Below, one piece after another: positions 1 through 10,773 of a stretch of 64,000 nucleotides of DNA. The translations under genes were made by a program, and so were the position numbers. Numbering within the stretch: the first letter of the stretch is position 1; each line of letters starts with the position of its first letter. A model generated the notes under the pieces. That model was given only the letters and a program-made list of their open reading frames with translations, made no database searches and was not told the DNA's origin. The DNA comes from a virus. The stretch lies in IMG/VR virus record IMGVR_UViG_3300049740_000832. One strand, 5' to 3'.

Positions 1-1091
1 ACCTACATGTTGGTAATCTTCACGTTGACTCAGCAGATATTATTACGATTGCGAGAGCAAATCTTTCAGGCGGAACAGGTATTACATATAATACAGGGAC
101 AGGTGCAATCACAACAACAGATGGAGATATCGTTCACGATAATCTGTCAGGGTTTGTTGCAAATGAACACATCGACCACAGTGGTGTATCGATTGTCGCT
201 GGTAAAGGTCTTTCAGGTGGCGGTGATATCACCGCATCAAGAACAATCGATATTGACTCTGCAAATGTCAGAGGAATGTTTGTTGGTGGAACTGGTCTTA
301 CATACACAAGTGGCACAGGCACATTTGATATAACAAATAGTGGTGTCAGTGCTGGAACGTATGGTTCTGCCTCTTTAGTTCCAGTTCTGGTAGTCAACGC
401 ACAAGGTCAAATTACAAGCGCATCAACAACTTCAGTTGCGGGTGTATCCTCGACAGCATTTGATTCTGGAACAGGTCAATTTACTATTAGCACTGCTGAT
501 GGTGGTTCGTTTGTAACCAATATCACATCGAGAAGGTCAAATCTCCCAGATAGTGATATGTTGTTTGGTGACAATAAACAATTAAAATTTGGCACTGGTA
601 ATGACTTAAGCATTCGACATACTGGCGCAATATCACATATATCAAATTTCAATGGTCAACTTCGTATTACAGGCGATTCCGCAGCGGGTTCATATTTGCA
701 ATTCTTGGATGGCGGTGATATGGTCATCCGTGATGTTAATGACAATCCAAAAATGGTTTTTGACGCAACAAATGGTAAATTTGCTTTCAATTCCGTTAAT
801 ACCCCTACTAACGTTCTTGATGTTGCAGGCCAAAATAATGCTGCTCATTTGGGTATTTTAGCGGACGATAATTCAACCGCTAACCTGACACTGAAGACAA
901 GTAGTGCCGAGTTCAAACATGTCGCCTACAATAGTAAATATGAAATTAGAGACCAAAACAACTCTGGGGCGGTTCGATTAGAGATTAGTAGTGCTGGTGT
1001 TGTTGGCATGGATTCAGCATTGGTCGGCGGTAAACCTGTCGCACAAAGATTGATTTCAGTGTTCGATGCCTCTGGAACGTTGTTAAATTAA
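1..1091 (+). CDS. Tail fibre / virion structural protein, C-terminal part (5' truncated by window)
   Basis: Frame is open from position 3 (LHVGNLHVDSADY...) into the 276..1091 ORF. G/T/S-rich, with the fibre-type repeat GTYGSASLVPVLVVNAQGQITSA. Lies directly before gp13. Confidence 0.65.
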   Translation, partial: LHVGNLHVDSADIITIARANLSGGTGITYNTGTGAITTTDGDIVHDNLSGFVANEHIDHSGVSIVAGKGLSGGGDITASRTIDIDSANVRGMFVGGTGLTYTSGTGTFDITNSGVSAGTYGSASLVPVLVVNAQGQITSASTTSVAGVSSTAFDSGTGQFTISTADGGSFVTNITSRRSNLPDSDMLFGDNKQLKFGTGNDLSIRHTGAISHISNFNGQLRITGDSAAGSYLQFLDGGDMVIRDVNDNPKMVFDATNGKFAFNSVNTPTNVLDVAGQNNAAHLGILADDNSTANLTLKTSSAEFKHVAYNSKYEIRDQNNSGAVRLEISSAGVVGMDSALVGGKPVAQRLISVFDASGTLLN

Positions 1092-1105
1092 GGATAAATA
1101 GATAG

Positions 1106-1900
1106 ATGTCACAGTATAGTAGAATAACAAATAGAGGCCAGTTCATAGATTACTGTCTTCGTAGATTGGGTCATCCTGTGATTGAAATCAATGTGGATGA
1201 TGAACAAATTGAAGACCGTATTAATGATGCAATACAACTATATCACGATTATGTTGCAGAGGGTAGTTTTAGGGCATATGTTCCAAAAACAATAACATCA
1301 GATATAGTTTCTAGAGGATTTATTAATTTTGACCTTGATGGTATCGGTTCAATAAATCCCGATAATATTTTAAGTGTTGTTCGAGTTCTCCCTGTTGATG
1401 ACCAAACAAGTAGTGTCAATTTCTTTGATATCAAGTATCAAATGCGACTAAATGATGTTGCAGATTTAGCAACCAGTGTAGGTGACCTTGCGTATTACGA
1501 ACAGATGCAACAGTATCTTGCAACGATTGACCTAAAACTGACTGGTCATCCACAAATACAATTTAGTAGAGCCGGAAATACTCTGAATATATTTGGTGAT
1601 ATTGCTGGTTCACGAGGTGATTTACAGGCGGGTGATATCATTCTGATTGAAATGTATATTGCAACCGATGTAAATGGTGTTGGAAAAGCATATGATAATA
1701 TGTTCCTAAAAGAATATGCAACTGCACTTATCAAAGAACAGTGGGGACAAAATCTCATAAAGTTTGAGGGTATACAATTGCCTGGCGGTGTGCAATTAAA
1801 TGGTAGACAAATTCTTGAAGATGCAAAACAAGAGATTGAAGCTGCTCGTCAGAGAATATATAATGAATATGATACACCACCAGATTTCTTTGTTGGATAA
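1106..1900 (+). CDS. gp13: Neck protein (T4 gp13-like)
   Basis: YCLRRLGHPVIEINVDDEQ and KEQWGQNLIKFEGIQLPGGV motifs; synteny. Confidence 0.93.
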   Translation: MSQYSRITNRGQFIDYCLRRLGHPVIEINVDDEQIEDRINDAIQLYHDYVAEGSFRAYVPKTITSDIVSRGFINFDLDGIGSINPDNILSVVRVLPVDDQTSSVNFFDIKYQMRLNDVADLATSVGDLAYYEQMQQYLATIDLKLTGHPQIQFSRAGNTLNIFGDIAGSRGDLQAGDIILIEMYIATDVNGVGKAYDNMFLKEYATALIKEQWGQNLIKFEGIQLPGGVQLNGRQILEDAKQEIEAARQRIYNEYDTPPDFFVG

Positions 1901-1904
1901 TTAA

Positions 1905-2777
1905 ATGGCAACGAACCCGTATTTCAAACAAGGAGTTCGTTCTGAACAGAACATGTATGAGGACATCATTATTGAAGCCCTCAAAATGTATGGTCAGGAT
2001 GTTTACTACCTTCCAAGAGAAATAGTCAATAAAGATAAAGTCTTTCTTGACGATGTTCCGTCACGTTTCGGTTCTGCCTACAAGGTGGAGATGTATATTG
2101 AGAATACTGAAGCGTTTGATGGTGAGGGAGACTTGTTTACCAAATTCGGTATCGAACTAAGAGACCAAGCAAACTTCATTGTTTCAAGAAAAAGATGGAA
2201 ACAACTCGTAGGGTCTCGACTTGACTCACAGAACTTTCGGCCTCGTGAAGGTGACTTAATCTATCTGACACTTTCCAACTCCATATTCCAAATCCAGAAA
2301 GTAGAGACAGAGACTCCTTTTTATCAGTTGAGTAATCTGCCTACATTCCGTATGACTTGCGAATTGTTTGAATATAATGATGAAGATTTTGATACAGAAA
2401 TCGCGAGTATTGATGTGATTGAGTATGAAGGCGCTTTTCAATATGCGTTGACTATGGACTCTGCATCTAGTGGTTATACTGTTGGTGAAACTATCACCCA
2501 AGTTCATACGGGTTATAATATGGAAGGTGAAGTCACTGATTGGTCTGACTCTGATAGAGTTCTTCAGGTTGCACATGTTGGTTCAACTGACGGTAAGTTC
2601 CACACCTTTGCCACAAACAAACAGGTAACAGGTGTAACGTCTGGTGCAGTAGCAACACCTAATTTGGTTCAGGAACTTCAGGAGATACAGAAAGACGCAC
2701 AGAATAAAATCTTTGATGACTTCGAATCAGACTTCCTTGATTTCTCAGAGTCTAATCCATTTGGAGATATCGGATAA
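1905..2777 (+). CDS. gp14: Neck / head completion protein (gp14-like)
   Basis: YGQDVYYLPRE, FTKFGIELRD, RPREGDLIY, C-terminal DFSESNPFG. Confidence 0.93.
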   Translation: MATNPYFKQGVRSEQNMYEDIIIEALKMYGQDVYYLPREIVNKDKVFLDDVPSRFGSAYKVEMYIENTEAFDGEGDLFTKFGIELRDQANFIVSRKRWKQLVGSRLDSQNFRPREGDLIYLTLSNSIFQIQKVETETPFYQLSNLPTFRMTCELFEYNDEDFDTEIASIDVIEYEGAFQYALTMDSASSGYTVGETITQVHTGYNMEGEVTDWSDSDRVLQVAHVGSTDGKFHTFATNKQVTGVTSGAVATPNLVQELQEIQKDAQNKIFDDFESDFLDFSESNPFGDIG

Positions 2778-3556
2778 TGTTTGGCACACACTTCTATCAT
2801 AAAAGAGTGAGAACTGCGGTATCCGTCTTTGGGTCACTGTTCAATAATCTACATGTCCTCCGAACTAATAGTAATGGTGTAGTTATATCTCAAGTCAAAG
2901 TTCCTTTATCATATGCACCTAAAAGAAACTTCATTTCTCGTCTAGAGGAAATGAATAAAGGTGAACAGGCAGAACGTAGGGTCGCAATCAAGTTACCTCG
3001 TATGTCATTTGAGATTACGAACATGTCGTATGACGCAGAACGTCAACTACCCAAGATGAACAATATCTCGAAGGCAGTATCAGATAGTGTTCTAACTCGT
3101 CAAAGAATTTATACTGCAACACCATATATAATCTCGTTCCAACTGAACATATATGCGAAATCACAGGATGACGCATTACAAGTTGTAGAACAGATACTAC
3201 CATACTTTGCACCACAATATTCGGTAACGATTAAACCGTTCTCTGATATTAGTTCACTCACAGAAGATGTTCCTATAACTTTAAGTGGAGTTACCTTCTC
3301 TGATGATTTTGAAGGTGCAATAGAACAAAGAAGAACAATTCTTTATACTTTAGATTTTGATATGAAGATTGCGTTGTATGGCCCAGAGAATAATGGTTCT
3401 ATCATCCGCGATGTTCGTAATAACTTATTTTTACAAGAATCGGGTCTTAATGATAGTGATGTGTATATCAAAACACTGAAACTTACACCAAACCCAACTA
3501 ATATAAATGCTGACAGTGATTATGGATTTACTGAAATTGATTTGGATAGTGCTTAA
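2777..3556 (+). CDS. gp15: Tail sheath stabiliser / completion protein (gp15-like)
   Basis: FYHKRVR..V..FGSLFN, KVPLSYAPK, LPRMSFE, EQILPYF. Confidence 0.93.
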   Translation: MFGTHFYHKRVRTAVSVFGSLFNNLHVLRTNSNGVVISQVKVPLSYAPKRNFISRLEEMNKGEQAERRVAIKLPRMSFEITNMSYDAERQLPKMNNISKAVSDSVLTRQRIYTATPYIISFQLNIYAKSQDDALQVVEQILPYFAPQYSVTIKPFSDISSLTEDVPITLSGVTFSDDFEGAIEQRRTILYTLDFDMKIALYGPENNGSIIRDVRNNLFLQESGLNDSDVYIKTLKLTPNPTNINADSDYGFTEIDLDSA

Positions 3557-3900
3557 TGAGTGAAGAAAAAAATGTTAAAGATGATTATGAATACTCTCGC
3601 GAAACGTATTATGACCTTTTAGAAAAAGGTAAAGAGAGTATGGAACTTATGATTGAAGTTGCTCGTGAATCGGAGCATCCTCGTGCGTTTGAAGTTTTAT
3701 CAACTATGATGAAAAACATGGCAGATATCAACGACAAGTTGATGGATTTGAACAAAAAAAACAAAGACATTAACAAAAAGGATGAACCTAAACAATTAGG
3801 TAATACCACGAACAACTTGTTTGTAGGCACGACTACAGACTTACAAAGACTGATTCATGCAGAATCGGGAGTGGTTATTGATGCTGATAAATCAGAATGA
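3556..3900 (+). CDS. gp16: Terminase small subunit (gp16-like)
   Basis: DYEYSR, ESEHPRAFEV, NNLFVGTTTDLQ; immediately precedes gp17. Confidence 0.92.
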   Translation: MSEEKNVKDDYEYSRETYYDLLEKGKESMELMIEVARESEHPRAFEVLSTMMKNMADINDKLMDLNKKNKDINKKDEPKQLGNTTNNLFVGTTTDLQRLIHAESGVVIDADKSE

Positions 3901-5497
3901 GTCGTATCTTGGTAATCCCAATGTAAAACGGGATGGTGTTCAGCATCAATTCACAGAAGAAGAAGTTAAGGAATATGTCAAATGTGGCAGAGACCCTATA
4001 TACTTCTGCAAAACTTACCTAAAAGTTATCTCTCTCGATGATGGACTAGTCCCTTTCGACTTATATCCTTATCAAGAGCAGATGTTCAAACACTTTAATG
4101 ATAACAGGTTTTCTATCGTTCTGGCGTGTCGTCAATCGGGTAAGTCGATTAGCTCTGTTGGTTATCTACTATGGTATGCTTGTTTCCATAGTGAGAAGAC
4201 GATTGCAATTCTCGCAAACAAAGGGCAAGTCGCTCGTGAAATGTTGGCGCGGGTTACTCTCATGTTGGAGAATCTTCCCTTCTTCCTACAACCTGGCTGC
4301 AAAGCACTCAACAAAGGTTCTATTGAATTTAGTAATAATAGTCGCATTATTGCCAGTGCTACCTCTGGTAGTTCCATTCGCGGTATGTCTGTTAACTTAC
4401 TATTTCTTGACGAATTTGCATTTGTGGAAAAGGCGAATGAATTCTACACTTCAACCTATCCTGTGGTCTCAGCGGGTAAGGAAACAAAAGTCATTATTAC
4501 GTCAACTGCAAATGGAATTGGCAATACATTCCATAAAATCTGGGAGGGCTCAGTTCAAAAGGTTAATGAGTTCATCCCATTCACAGTCAACTGGTGGGAT
4601 GTCCCAGGCAGAGACGAAGACTGGAAAAGACAAACAATAGCAAATACATCTCAATTACAGTTTGACCAAGAGTTTGGTAACACCTTCTTTGGGACAGGCG
4701 ATACCCTAATAAACGCCGAGACGTTACTATCTTTTCGCGCTAAACCACCCACAGATGTTCTTGAAGGTGGAGACCTACTGGTCTATGAAAAACCGCAACC
4801 CAATCATGAATATATCATGACTGTGGATGTATCAAAGGGAAGAGGACAGGATTATTCAACCTTTACGGTAATTGACATTGGCACGAGACCTTTTGAACAG
4901 GTTGCCGTCTATCGCAATAACACTATATCTCCATTACTCTTTCCTAATGTTATATATAAGTATGCAAACCTCTATAATCAAGCATATGTTATTATAGAGT
5001 CAAATGATTCGGGACAAGTAGTTTGTAATGGACTATATCAAGACTTGGAGTATGATAATATCCATATGGAATCTGCGATAAAAGCAGACCGTATTGGTAT
5101 CGAGATGAACAGAAAGGTCAAAAGACTGGGATGTTCCTCAATCAAAGATGTTCTCGAAAATAAGAAACTCCAGATAAACGATGAAAACGCAATTCTAGAA
5201 ATATCCACCTTTGTCTCTAGAGGTCAATCCTACGAGGCATCTGATGGTAATTATGATGATTTGATGATGAACTTGGTCATGTTTGGATATTTCATCTCCA
5301 CCCAATACTTCTCTGATATGACCGACATCAATCTAAAAGAGATGATGTTCGCAAAGAAGATGAAGGAAATAGAAGACGATGTTCCACCCGTAGGGTTCAT
5401 AGATGATGGTTTGGACTATGCGGAACAACAGGATATCATAAAAGATACCGAATGGCACACATTTCAACACTCTAACATAGGTATTGAGGAGTGGTAA
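3881..5497 (+). CDS. gp17: Terminase large subunit (gp17)
   Basis: YLGNPN, Walker A RQSGKS, Walker B LFLDEFAF, nuclease DVSKGRGQDYS and DDLMM. ATG 3881 preferred over 3857. Confidence 0.97.
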   Translation: MLINQNESYLGNPNVKRDGVQHQFTEEEVKEYVKCGRDPIYFCKTYLKVISLDDGLVPFDLYPYQEQMFKHFNDNRFSIVLACRQSGKSISSVGYLLWYACFHSEKTIAILANKGQVAREMLARVTLMLENLPFFLQPGCKALNKGSIEFSNNSRIIASATSGSSIRGMSVNLLFLDEFAFVEKANEFYTSTYPVVSAGKETKVIITSTANGIGNTFHKIWEGSVQKVNEFIPFTVNWWDVPGRDEDWKRQTIANTSQLQFDQEFGNTFFGTGDTLINAETLLSFRAKPPTDVLEGGDLLVYEKPQPNHEYIMTVDVSKGRGQDYSTFTVIDIGTRPFEQVAVYRNNTISPLLFPNVIYKYANLYNQAYVIIESNDSGQVVCNGLYQDLEYDNIHMESAIKADRIGIEMNRKVKRLGCSSIKDVLENKKLQINDENAILEISTFVSRGQSYEASDGNYDDLMMNLVMFGYFISTQYFSDMTDINLKEMMFAKKMKEIEDDVPPVGFIDDGLDYAEQQDIIKDTEWHTFQHSNIGIEEW

Positions 5498-5516
5498 TTC
5501 TACAAATTTCTCTAGT

Positions 5517-5524
5517 TATAAATA
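5517..5524 (+). promoter_or_regulatory. T4-type late promoter TATAAATA (gp18)
   Basis: Exact gp55 consensus in the gp17-gp18 gap. Confidence 0.85.
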
Positions 5525-5587
5525 AAAGTATTGAAACTACCGTATTATGAGAACTTATAATTAGATAACGAAAAAAAGGAAAAAGTT

Positions 5588-7357
5588 ATGGCACTTTTTA
5601 CACCCTCTGCTTCTCCTGCCGTAACCGTTAAAGAGATTGACCTAACGGGCGTAGTGCCTAACGTTCAAACTTCTACGGGTGCGTTTGTAGGAAATTTCGG
5701 TTGGGGGCCAGTAGGCGTGGCCACGCTCGTATCAGACGAGTCAGGTCTTGTATCTACTTTCTCCGCACCAACCGATAACAACACGGTAGATTTCCACTCT
5801 GCCGCGTATTTTTTAAGATATTCTAACACGCTGTTTGTTGTGCGCGAACAGGATAGTGATGGCAAAAATGCTGTTGCTAATAACACAAACCTTGGCACAT
5901 TGTCAGCACAGGCAATTAATAACTTGGATGCTTTCGAAGGTCTGTCAGTTGACAGTTCTGATGGCGCATTTATCGCTAAATATCCAGGCGAACTTGGCAA
6001 CTCTCTCCAAATCTCTATTGTGGGTTCTGACTCCGATAATGGTGGGGCTACCAACTTTGCTGCATGGTCATATAAAGATAACTTTGATGCTGCTCCAGGC
6101 ACATCATCTTATGTGTCCGCTCTTGGTGGTAAAAACGATGAAATCCACGTTGCTGTTGTTGACCAAGACGGTGAAATTACTGGAACTGCTGGAACAGTTC
6201 TGGAAACTTTCCCATTCTTGTCTGTTGCTAAAAACGCCAAGGCATCAGATGGAACATCAAATTATTTCAAAGATGTTCTGAAACTCCGTTCACAATGGGT
6301 ATATGCTGGTGTAGGTCACACAGGTGACTCTGCATCCGTATCCGACTTCATTGGTTCGAACTGGGGAGTTAACGCGACCAATGGCGCGCAAGACTTCAAA
6401 TCAGACTTCAAATATTCGTCCTCCCAAAGCACATTCTCATTCCTATCAGGTGTAACTTCAAGTTCACTGGGAACTGATGATGTCCTTCGCGGATTCGATA
6501 AGTTCGAAGACAAAGACAATATTGAAGTTGATTTCCTTATTGCTCCAGAATCACTCACAGACGGAACGGCAACGACCATTGTAAATGACCTCGTTTCAAC
6601 CGCTGCGTCTACTCGTAAAGACTGTGTTGCAGTCGTATCACCATCTCGTGCTGCGGTTGTCACATCAGGCACTAACACTGCAATTCTGGCATGTAACAAC
6701 ACATATACAAAGTCTTCCTACTTGGTTCAAGACAATAACTATCTGAAGGTATTTGACAAGTATAATGACAAATACATCAAGATTCCTGCCGCATCGTCCA
6801 CTGCGGGTCTCATGGCTGCTACCGACTTGGTTGCTGCACCGTGGTTCTCGCCTGCTGGTTCACGCCGTGGTAGATATCTGGGTATCACAGATATTATTGT
6901 ATCACCAACCAAAGCGGAAAGAGACCAGTTGTATAAAGCTGGTATCAACCCAATTGCAAACATTCCAGGCGAGGGCATCATGCTCTTCGGTGACAAAACA
7001 AACGAATCGCGTCCAAGTGCATTTGACCGAATCAATGTTCGCCGTCTCTTCCTCGCCATTGAACGTGCGATTGCAATAGCAGGTCGCGGTGTAATGTTCG
7101 AATTCAATGACGAGTTTACTCGTGCAGAATTCGTCAACATCGTAGAACCGTTCCTTCGTGAGATTCAAGGTCGCCGTGGTATCACGGACTTCCGAGTTCA
7201 ATGTGACGAAACGAACAATACTCCTGCTGTGGTTGACCGCAATGAATTCATCGCAAGCATCTTCATCAAGCCTGCCCGTTCTATCAACTTCGTGACACTG
7301 AACTTTGTCGCAGTTAGAACTGGTGTAGAGTTTGAAGAAGTTGTAGGCACAGTTTAA
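5588..7357 (+). CDS. gp18: Tail sheath protein (gp18)
   Basis: SPAVTVKEIDLT, WFSPAG, FDRINVRRLF, KPARSINF. Confidence 0.97.
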   Translation: MALFTPSASPAVTVKEIDLTGVVPNVQTSTGAFVGNFGWGPVGVATLVSDESGLVSTFSAPTDNNTVDFHSAAYFLRYSNTLFVVREQDSDGKNAVANNTNLGTLSAQAINNLDAFEGLSVDSSDGAFIAKYPGELGNSLQISIVGSDSDNGGATNFAAWSYKDNFDAAPGTSSYVSALGGKNDEIHVAVVDQDGEITGTAGTVLETFPFLSVAKNAKASDGTSNYFKDVLKLRSQWVYAGVGHTGDSASVSDFIGSNWGVNATNGAQDFKSDFKYSSSQSTFSFLSGVTSSSLGTDDVLRGFDKFEDKDNIEVDFLIAPESLTDGTATTIVNDLVSTAASTRKDCVAVVSPSRAAVVTSGTNTAILACNNTYTKSSYLVQDNNYLKVFDKYNDKYIKIPAASSTAGLMAATDLVAAPWFSPAGSRRGRYLGITDIIVSPTKAERDQLYKAGINPIANIPGEGIMLFGDKTNESRPSAFDRINVRRLFLAIERAIAIAGRGVMFEFNDEFTRAEFVNIVEPFLREIQGRRGITDFRVQCDETNNTPAVVDRNEFIASIFIKPARSINFVTLNFVAVRTGVEFEEVVGTV

Positions 7358-7370
7358 GGAGTAAGGAAAA

Positions 7371-7898
7371 ATGGCAATTCTAGGCGTAGATGACTTTAAG
7401 TCAAAACTAAGAGGTGGGGGCGCTCGTCCTAATCTCTTCAAAGCCACTGTCAACTTTCCAGGCTATGCAGGCGGTGATGTAGAACTTACATCTTTCCTCT
7501 GCAAGACTGCACAGTTGCCAGCATCAGTAATGAATGTTATTGAAATCCCATTCCGTGGTCGCCAGTTGAAAATTGCTGGAGACCGCACCTTTGAACCGTG
7601 GACAGTAACCATTCTCAATGACACCGATTTCTCCATCCGTAACGCAATGGAACGTTGGATGAACGGTATCAATGCCCATCAGGCAAACACAGGTTTGACC
7701 AATCCAGTGGATTATCAAGCAGACCTCGTTGTTGAACAGTTGGACAGAGATGGAAACTCACTCAAGACATACAACTTCCGTGGTTGTTTCCCAACTAACG
7801 TCAGTGAAATTGAAGTTAGTTACGAAACCGTAGACGCTGTGGAAGAGTTCACTGTCGAGTTCCAAGTTCAATATTGGGAATCAGGCACTACCAGTTAA
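7371..7898 (+). CDS. gp19: Tail tube protein (gp19)
   Basis: GGARPNLF, GRQLKIAGDRTF, EEFTVEF. Confidence 0.96.
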   Translation: MAILGVDDFKSKLRGGGARPNLFKATVNFPGYAGGDVELTSFLCKTAQLPASVMNVIEIPFRGRQLKIAGDRTFEPWTVTILNDTDFSIRNAMERWMNGINAHQANTGLTNPVDYQADLVVEQLDRDGNSLKTYNFRGCFPTNVSEIEVSYETVDAVEEFTVEFQVQYWESGTTS

Positions 7899-7914
7899 TC
7901 TGGTTATAAGTAGG

Positions 7915-7940
7915 GGGGTAGGGGTAATCCCTACCCCTTT
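7915..7940 (+). terminator. Hairpin / probable intrinsic terminator after gp19
   Basis: GGGGTAGGGG-TAA-TCCCTACCCC followed by TTT. A late-like TATAAGTA lies at 7905-7912. Confidence 0.6.
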
Positions 7941-7965
7941 ATCGTAAAGATTTGATAGGATAGTT

Positions 7966-9474
7966 ATGGCAGACGATAATAGTATTTTTAAGTTGTTTGG
8001 TTTTGAACTCAAGAGAGCTTCCGAACAACCGAAAGAAAAGGAAAAACTAAAGTCTATTGTTGCCCCCACCGATGATGATGGTGCGGGGTATGTTACTGCG
8101 TCTGGTAGTCACTATGGTCAATACATCGACATGGATGGCGCACAGGCGAAGGACAACCAACAACTAATTATCAAATATCGTGGTGTCGCAGCACACCCTG
8201 AAGTAGACGCTGCAATCGAAGATATCGTTAACGAGTCCATCGTGGGTTCGGAGATTGGTGTATCATGTGAACTAAATCTGGACGATGTAGATGCACCTGA
8301 TAATATCAAGAAAACCATGACCGAAGAGTTCAACAACATCTATAGTATGTTGAGATTCACTGAACTGGGTCATGATATCTTCCGTTCATTTTATGTTGAT
8401 GGTCGTGTTTATCACCACCTCGTAGTAAATGAATCAAATCTCAAAGCGGGTATTCAAGAAATCCGTCCTATTGACGCTGCGAAGATTCGCAAAGTAAAAG
8501 AAGTCAAATATAGAAAAGACCAAGCAACTGGCGCAAAGGTAGTTGAGAAGGTCAACGAATTTTATATCTATCAAGAGAAAGCAGGACAAAACCAAGGCGT
8601 AAGACTTTCTCCTGATAGTGTGTCGTATGTTTCTAGTGGTCTGCTTGACCCTAGTAGGAGACAGGTTGTATCCTATCTCCATAAGGCACTAAAACCAATC
8701 AACCAACTTCGCATGATGGAAGACAGTCTGGTTATCTACCGTCTCGCACGGGCGCCAGAACGCCGTATCTTCTATATCGATGTTGGTAATATGCCCCGTA
8801 ATAAATCTGAAGCGTATATGAAAGACATCATGTCTCGTTATCGCAATAAGATTGTTTACGATTCAAATACGGGTCAACTGAAAGATGACCGTAAGCATAT
8901 GTCGATGTTGGAAGATTTCTGGTTGCCTCGCCGTGAAGGTGGTAGAGGAACTGAAATCTCAACACTTCCTGGCGGGGAAAATCTAGGACAGATTGACGAT
9001 ATTCTCTATTTCCAAAAGAGATTGTATCGTTCACTGAATGTCCCGATTAATCGTCTCGAACAGGAAGCACAATTCTCTTTGGGTCGTTCAACTGAAATCT
9101 CACGAGATGAAGTTAAGTTCCAAAAGTTTATTGACCGTCTCCGTAAACGTTTCGCAACTCTGTTTACAAATATTCTAAAGAAACAACTTATTCTCAAAGG
9201 TATTATTACTGAACAGGATTGGGATACATGGAAAAGCGGTGTGGGTATAAACTTCCAAAGAGATAACCATTTCACTGAACTCAAGAATGCTGAACTGTTG
9301 CAGAACAGACTTCAGACTCTTGACCAAGTATCACAGTATGTTGGTGAATATTTCTCGCGTGAATGGGCAATGAAAAACGTAATGATGATGTCTGATGAGG
9401 ACATCGAAGAAATGAAAAAACAAGTCGAAGGCGAAAACTCCGTTGAAGACGAAGATGAACAAGAGGATATGTAA
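7966..9474 (+). CDS. gp20: Portal vertex protein (gp20)
   Basis: YRLARAPERRIFYIDVGNMP, MLEDFWLPRREGGRGTEI. Confidence 0.98.
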   Translation: MADDNSIFKLFGFELKRASEQPKEKEKLKSIVAPTDDDGAGYVTASGSHYGQYIDMDGAQAKDNQQLIIKYRGVAAHPEVDAAIEDIVNESIVGSEIGVSCELNLDDVDAPDNIKKTMTEEFNNIYSMLRFTELGHDIFRSFYVDGRVYHHLVVNESNLKAGIQEIRPIDAAKIRKVKEVKYRKDQATGAKVVEKVNEFYIYQEKAGQNQGVRLSPDSVSYVSSGLLDPSRRQVVSYLHKALKPINQLRMMEDSLVIYRLARAPERRIFYIDVGNMPRNKSEAYMKDIMSRYRNKIVYDSNTGQLKDDRKHMSMLEDFWLPRREGGRGTEISTLPGGENLGQIDDILYFQKRLYRSLNVPINRLEQEAQFSLGRSTEISRDEVKFQKFIDRLRKRFATLFTNILKKQLILKGIITEQDWDTWKSGVGINFQRDNHFTELKNAELLQNRLQTLDQVSQYVGEYFSREWAMKNVMMMSDEDIEEMKKQVEGENSVEDEDEQEDM

Positions 9475-9475
9475 A

Positions 9476-9844
9476 ATGAGTGAATCAGAAACACTTGAAC
9501 AAGAAGTTGAAACCGTAGATGTTAATGCGGTTGAAGAACTTATCAATCAGATTACTTCGGGTGACCTAGCGAATGCAGAAGGGTCATTCAAAAGTATCGT
9601 TCAGGACAAAATGGAAGATGCGCTTGAAGCACAGCGAATTGCGACTGCACAAGCAATCTTTAATGATGTCGATGATGATGTTGAAGATGATATAGAAGAC
9701 ATCACAGACGAGGAAGTCGAAGATGAGACGATTGAGTTGGACGGAGAGGTTGAGGATGAACTTGATGCCGTTGACGAAGACGAAATCGAAGAAATCGAAA
9801 CCGAAACCGAAGAAGAAACGGAAGAAAGTGACTCAGAAGAGTAA
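9476..9844 (+). CDS. Acidic prohead core protein (gp67-like)
   Basis: Very D/E-rich small protein between portal and protease, as in T4-like phages. ATG 9476 (MSESETLEQ). Confidence 0.65.
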   Translation: MSESETLEQEVETVDVNAVEELINQITSGDLANAEGSFKSIVQDKMEDALEAQRIATAQAIFNDVDDDVEDDIEDITDEEVEDETIELDGEVEDELDAVDEDEIEEIETETEEETEESDSEE

Positions 9845-9872
9845 CTAATTGTTATCTTGAAAACATTATTTG

Positions 9873-9880
9873 TATAAATA
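9873..9880 (+). promoter_or_regulatory. Late promoter TATAAATA
   Basis: Exact consensus upstream of the 9886 ORF and gp21. Confidence 0.8.
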
Positions 9881-9885
9881 ATACT

Positions 9886-10104
9886 ATGAAAACGTATAAA
9901 GAACTAATTAGTGAATTAAAGGGACGGAAACCTAAAGGCGATGTAGTCTTTGATAAAAAGGTTAAAAGAATCCCAGTTCTAATCACTAAAGAGAAAGGTT
10001 CTCTGCCATTCGTTGTGTATATTGATGGTGACCGACTGGATGCCTTCAAATCACAGAAAGATGCAGAGAAGTCTGCGATGCAAGTAGTAAAGGAATTGAC
10101 ATGA
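9886..10104 (+). CDS. Small prohead core protein (gp68-like position)
   Basis: Starts MKTYKELISE, resembling a T4 capsid-targeting leader; synteny. Confidence 0.6.
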   Translation: MKTYKELISELKGRKPKGDVVFDKKVKRIPVLITKEKGSLPFVVYIDGDRLDAFKSQKDAEKSAMQVVKELT

Positions 10105-10763
10105 AGTTAATTACTGAATATACTGAAAACGATACCCTTCAATGTATCATTGAGAAAAAAGAAGATGGCGAAAAGAAATACGTCATCGAGGGCGTTTTCG
10201 CGCAGACAGATAAAAAGAATCGCAACGGCCGTGTTTACCCTAAACCAATTATGGAAAAGGCAGTAAAGACATACGTTGATACACAGGTTAACAAGAAGCG
10301 TGCCGTGGGTGAATTGAATCACCCAGAAGGCCCAACTGTTAACCTTGATAAAGTTTCTCACCTCATCACAGACCTCAAGTTTGAGGGTAATGATGTGGTA
10401 GGAAAGGCACAAATATTGGATACTCCAATGGGTAAGATTGTTAAAGGTCTCCTTGATGGTGGTGTTCAACTAGGCGTGTCAACTCGTGGTATGGGTAGTC
10501 TTGAGCAACAGAATGGCGCAATGGTCGTCAAAGATGACTTTGTTCTTAGCACGGTTGACATCGTGCAAGACCCATCAGCACCAGATGCATTTGTTAATGG
10601 AATCATGGAAGGTGTTGACTGGGTTTGGAATAACGGTGTTCTGAAGCCTCAAGTAATTGAAAAAATGGAGACTGAAATTAAAACGGCTCCGAAGCCTGTC
10701 TTGTATGAGACAAGTGTTCGAGAGTTTAAGAATTTCCTCTCGTTACTAAAATCTAGTATGTAA
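10101..10763 (+). CDS. gp21: Prohead core protease (gp21)
   Basis: MKLITE, KNRNGRVYP, GELNHP, GVSTRGMGSL, DIVQDPSAPDA. Confidence 0.97.
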   Translation: MKLITEYTENDTLQCIIEKKEDGEKKYVIEGVFAQTDKKNRNGRVYPKPIMEKAVKTYVDTQVNKKRAVGELNHPEGPTVNLDKVSHLITDLKFEGNDVVGKAQILDTPMGKIVKGLLDGGVQLGVSTRGMGSLEQQNGAMVVKDDFVLSTVDIVQDPSAPDAFVNGIMEGVDWVWNNGVLKPQVIEKMETEIKTAPKPVLYETSVREFKNFLSLLKSSM

Positions 10764-10773
10764 GGAGTCTAAT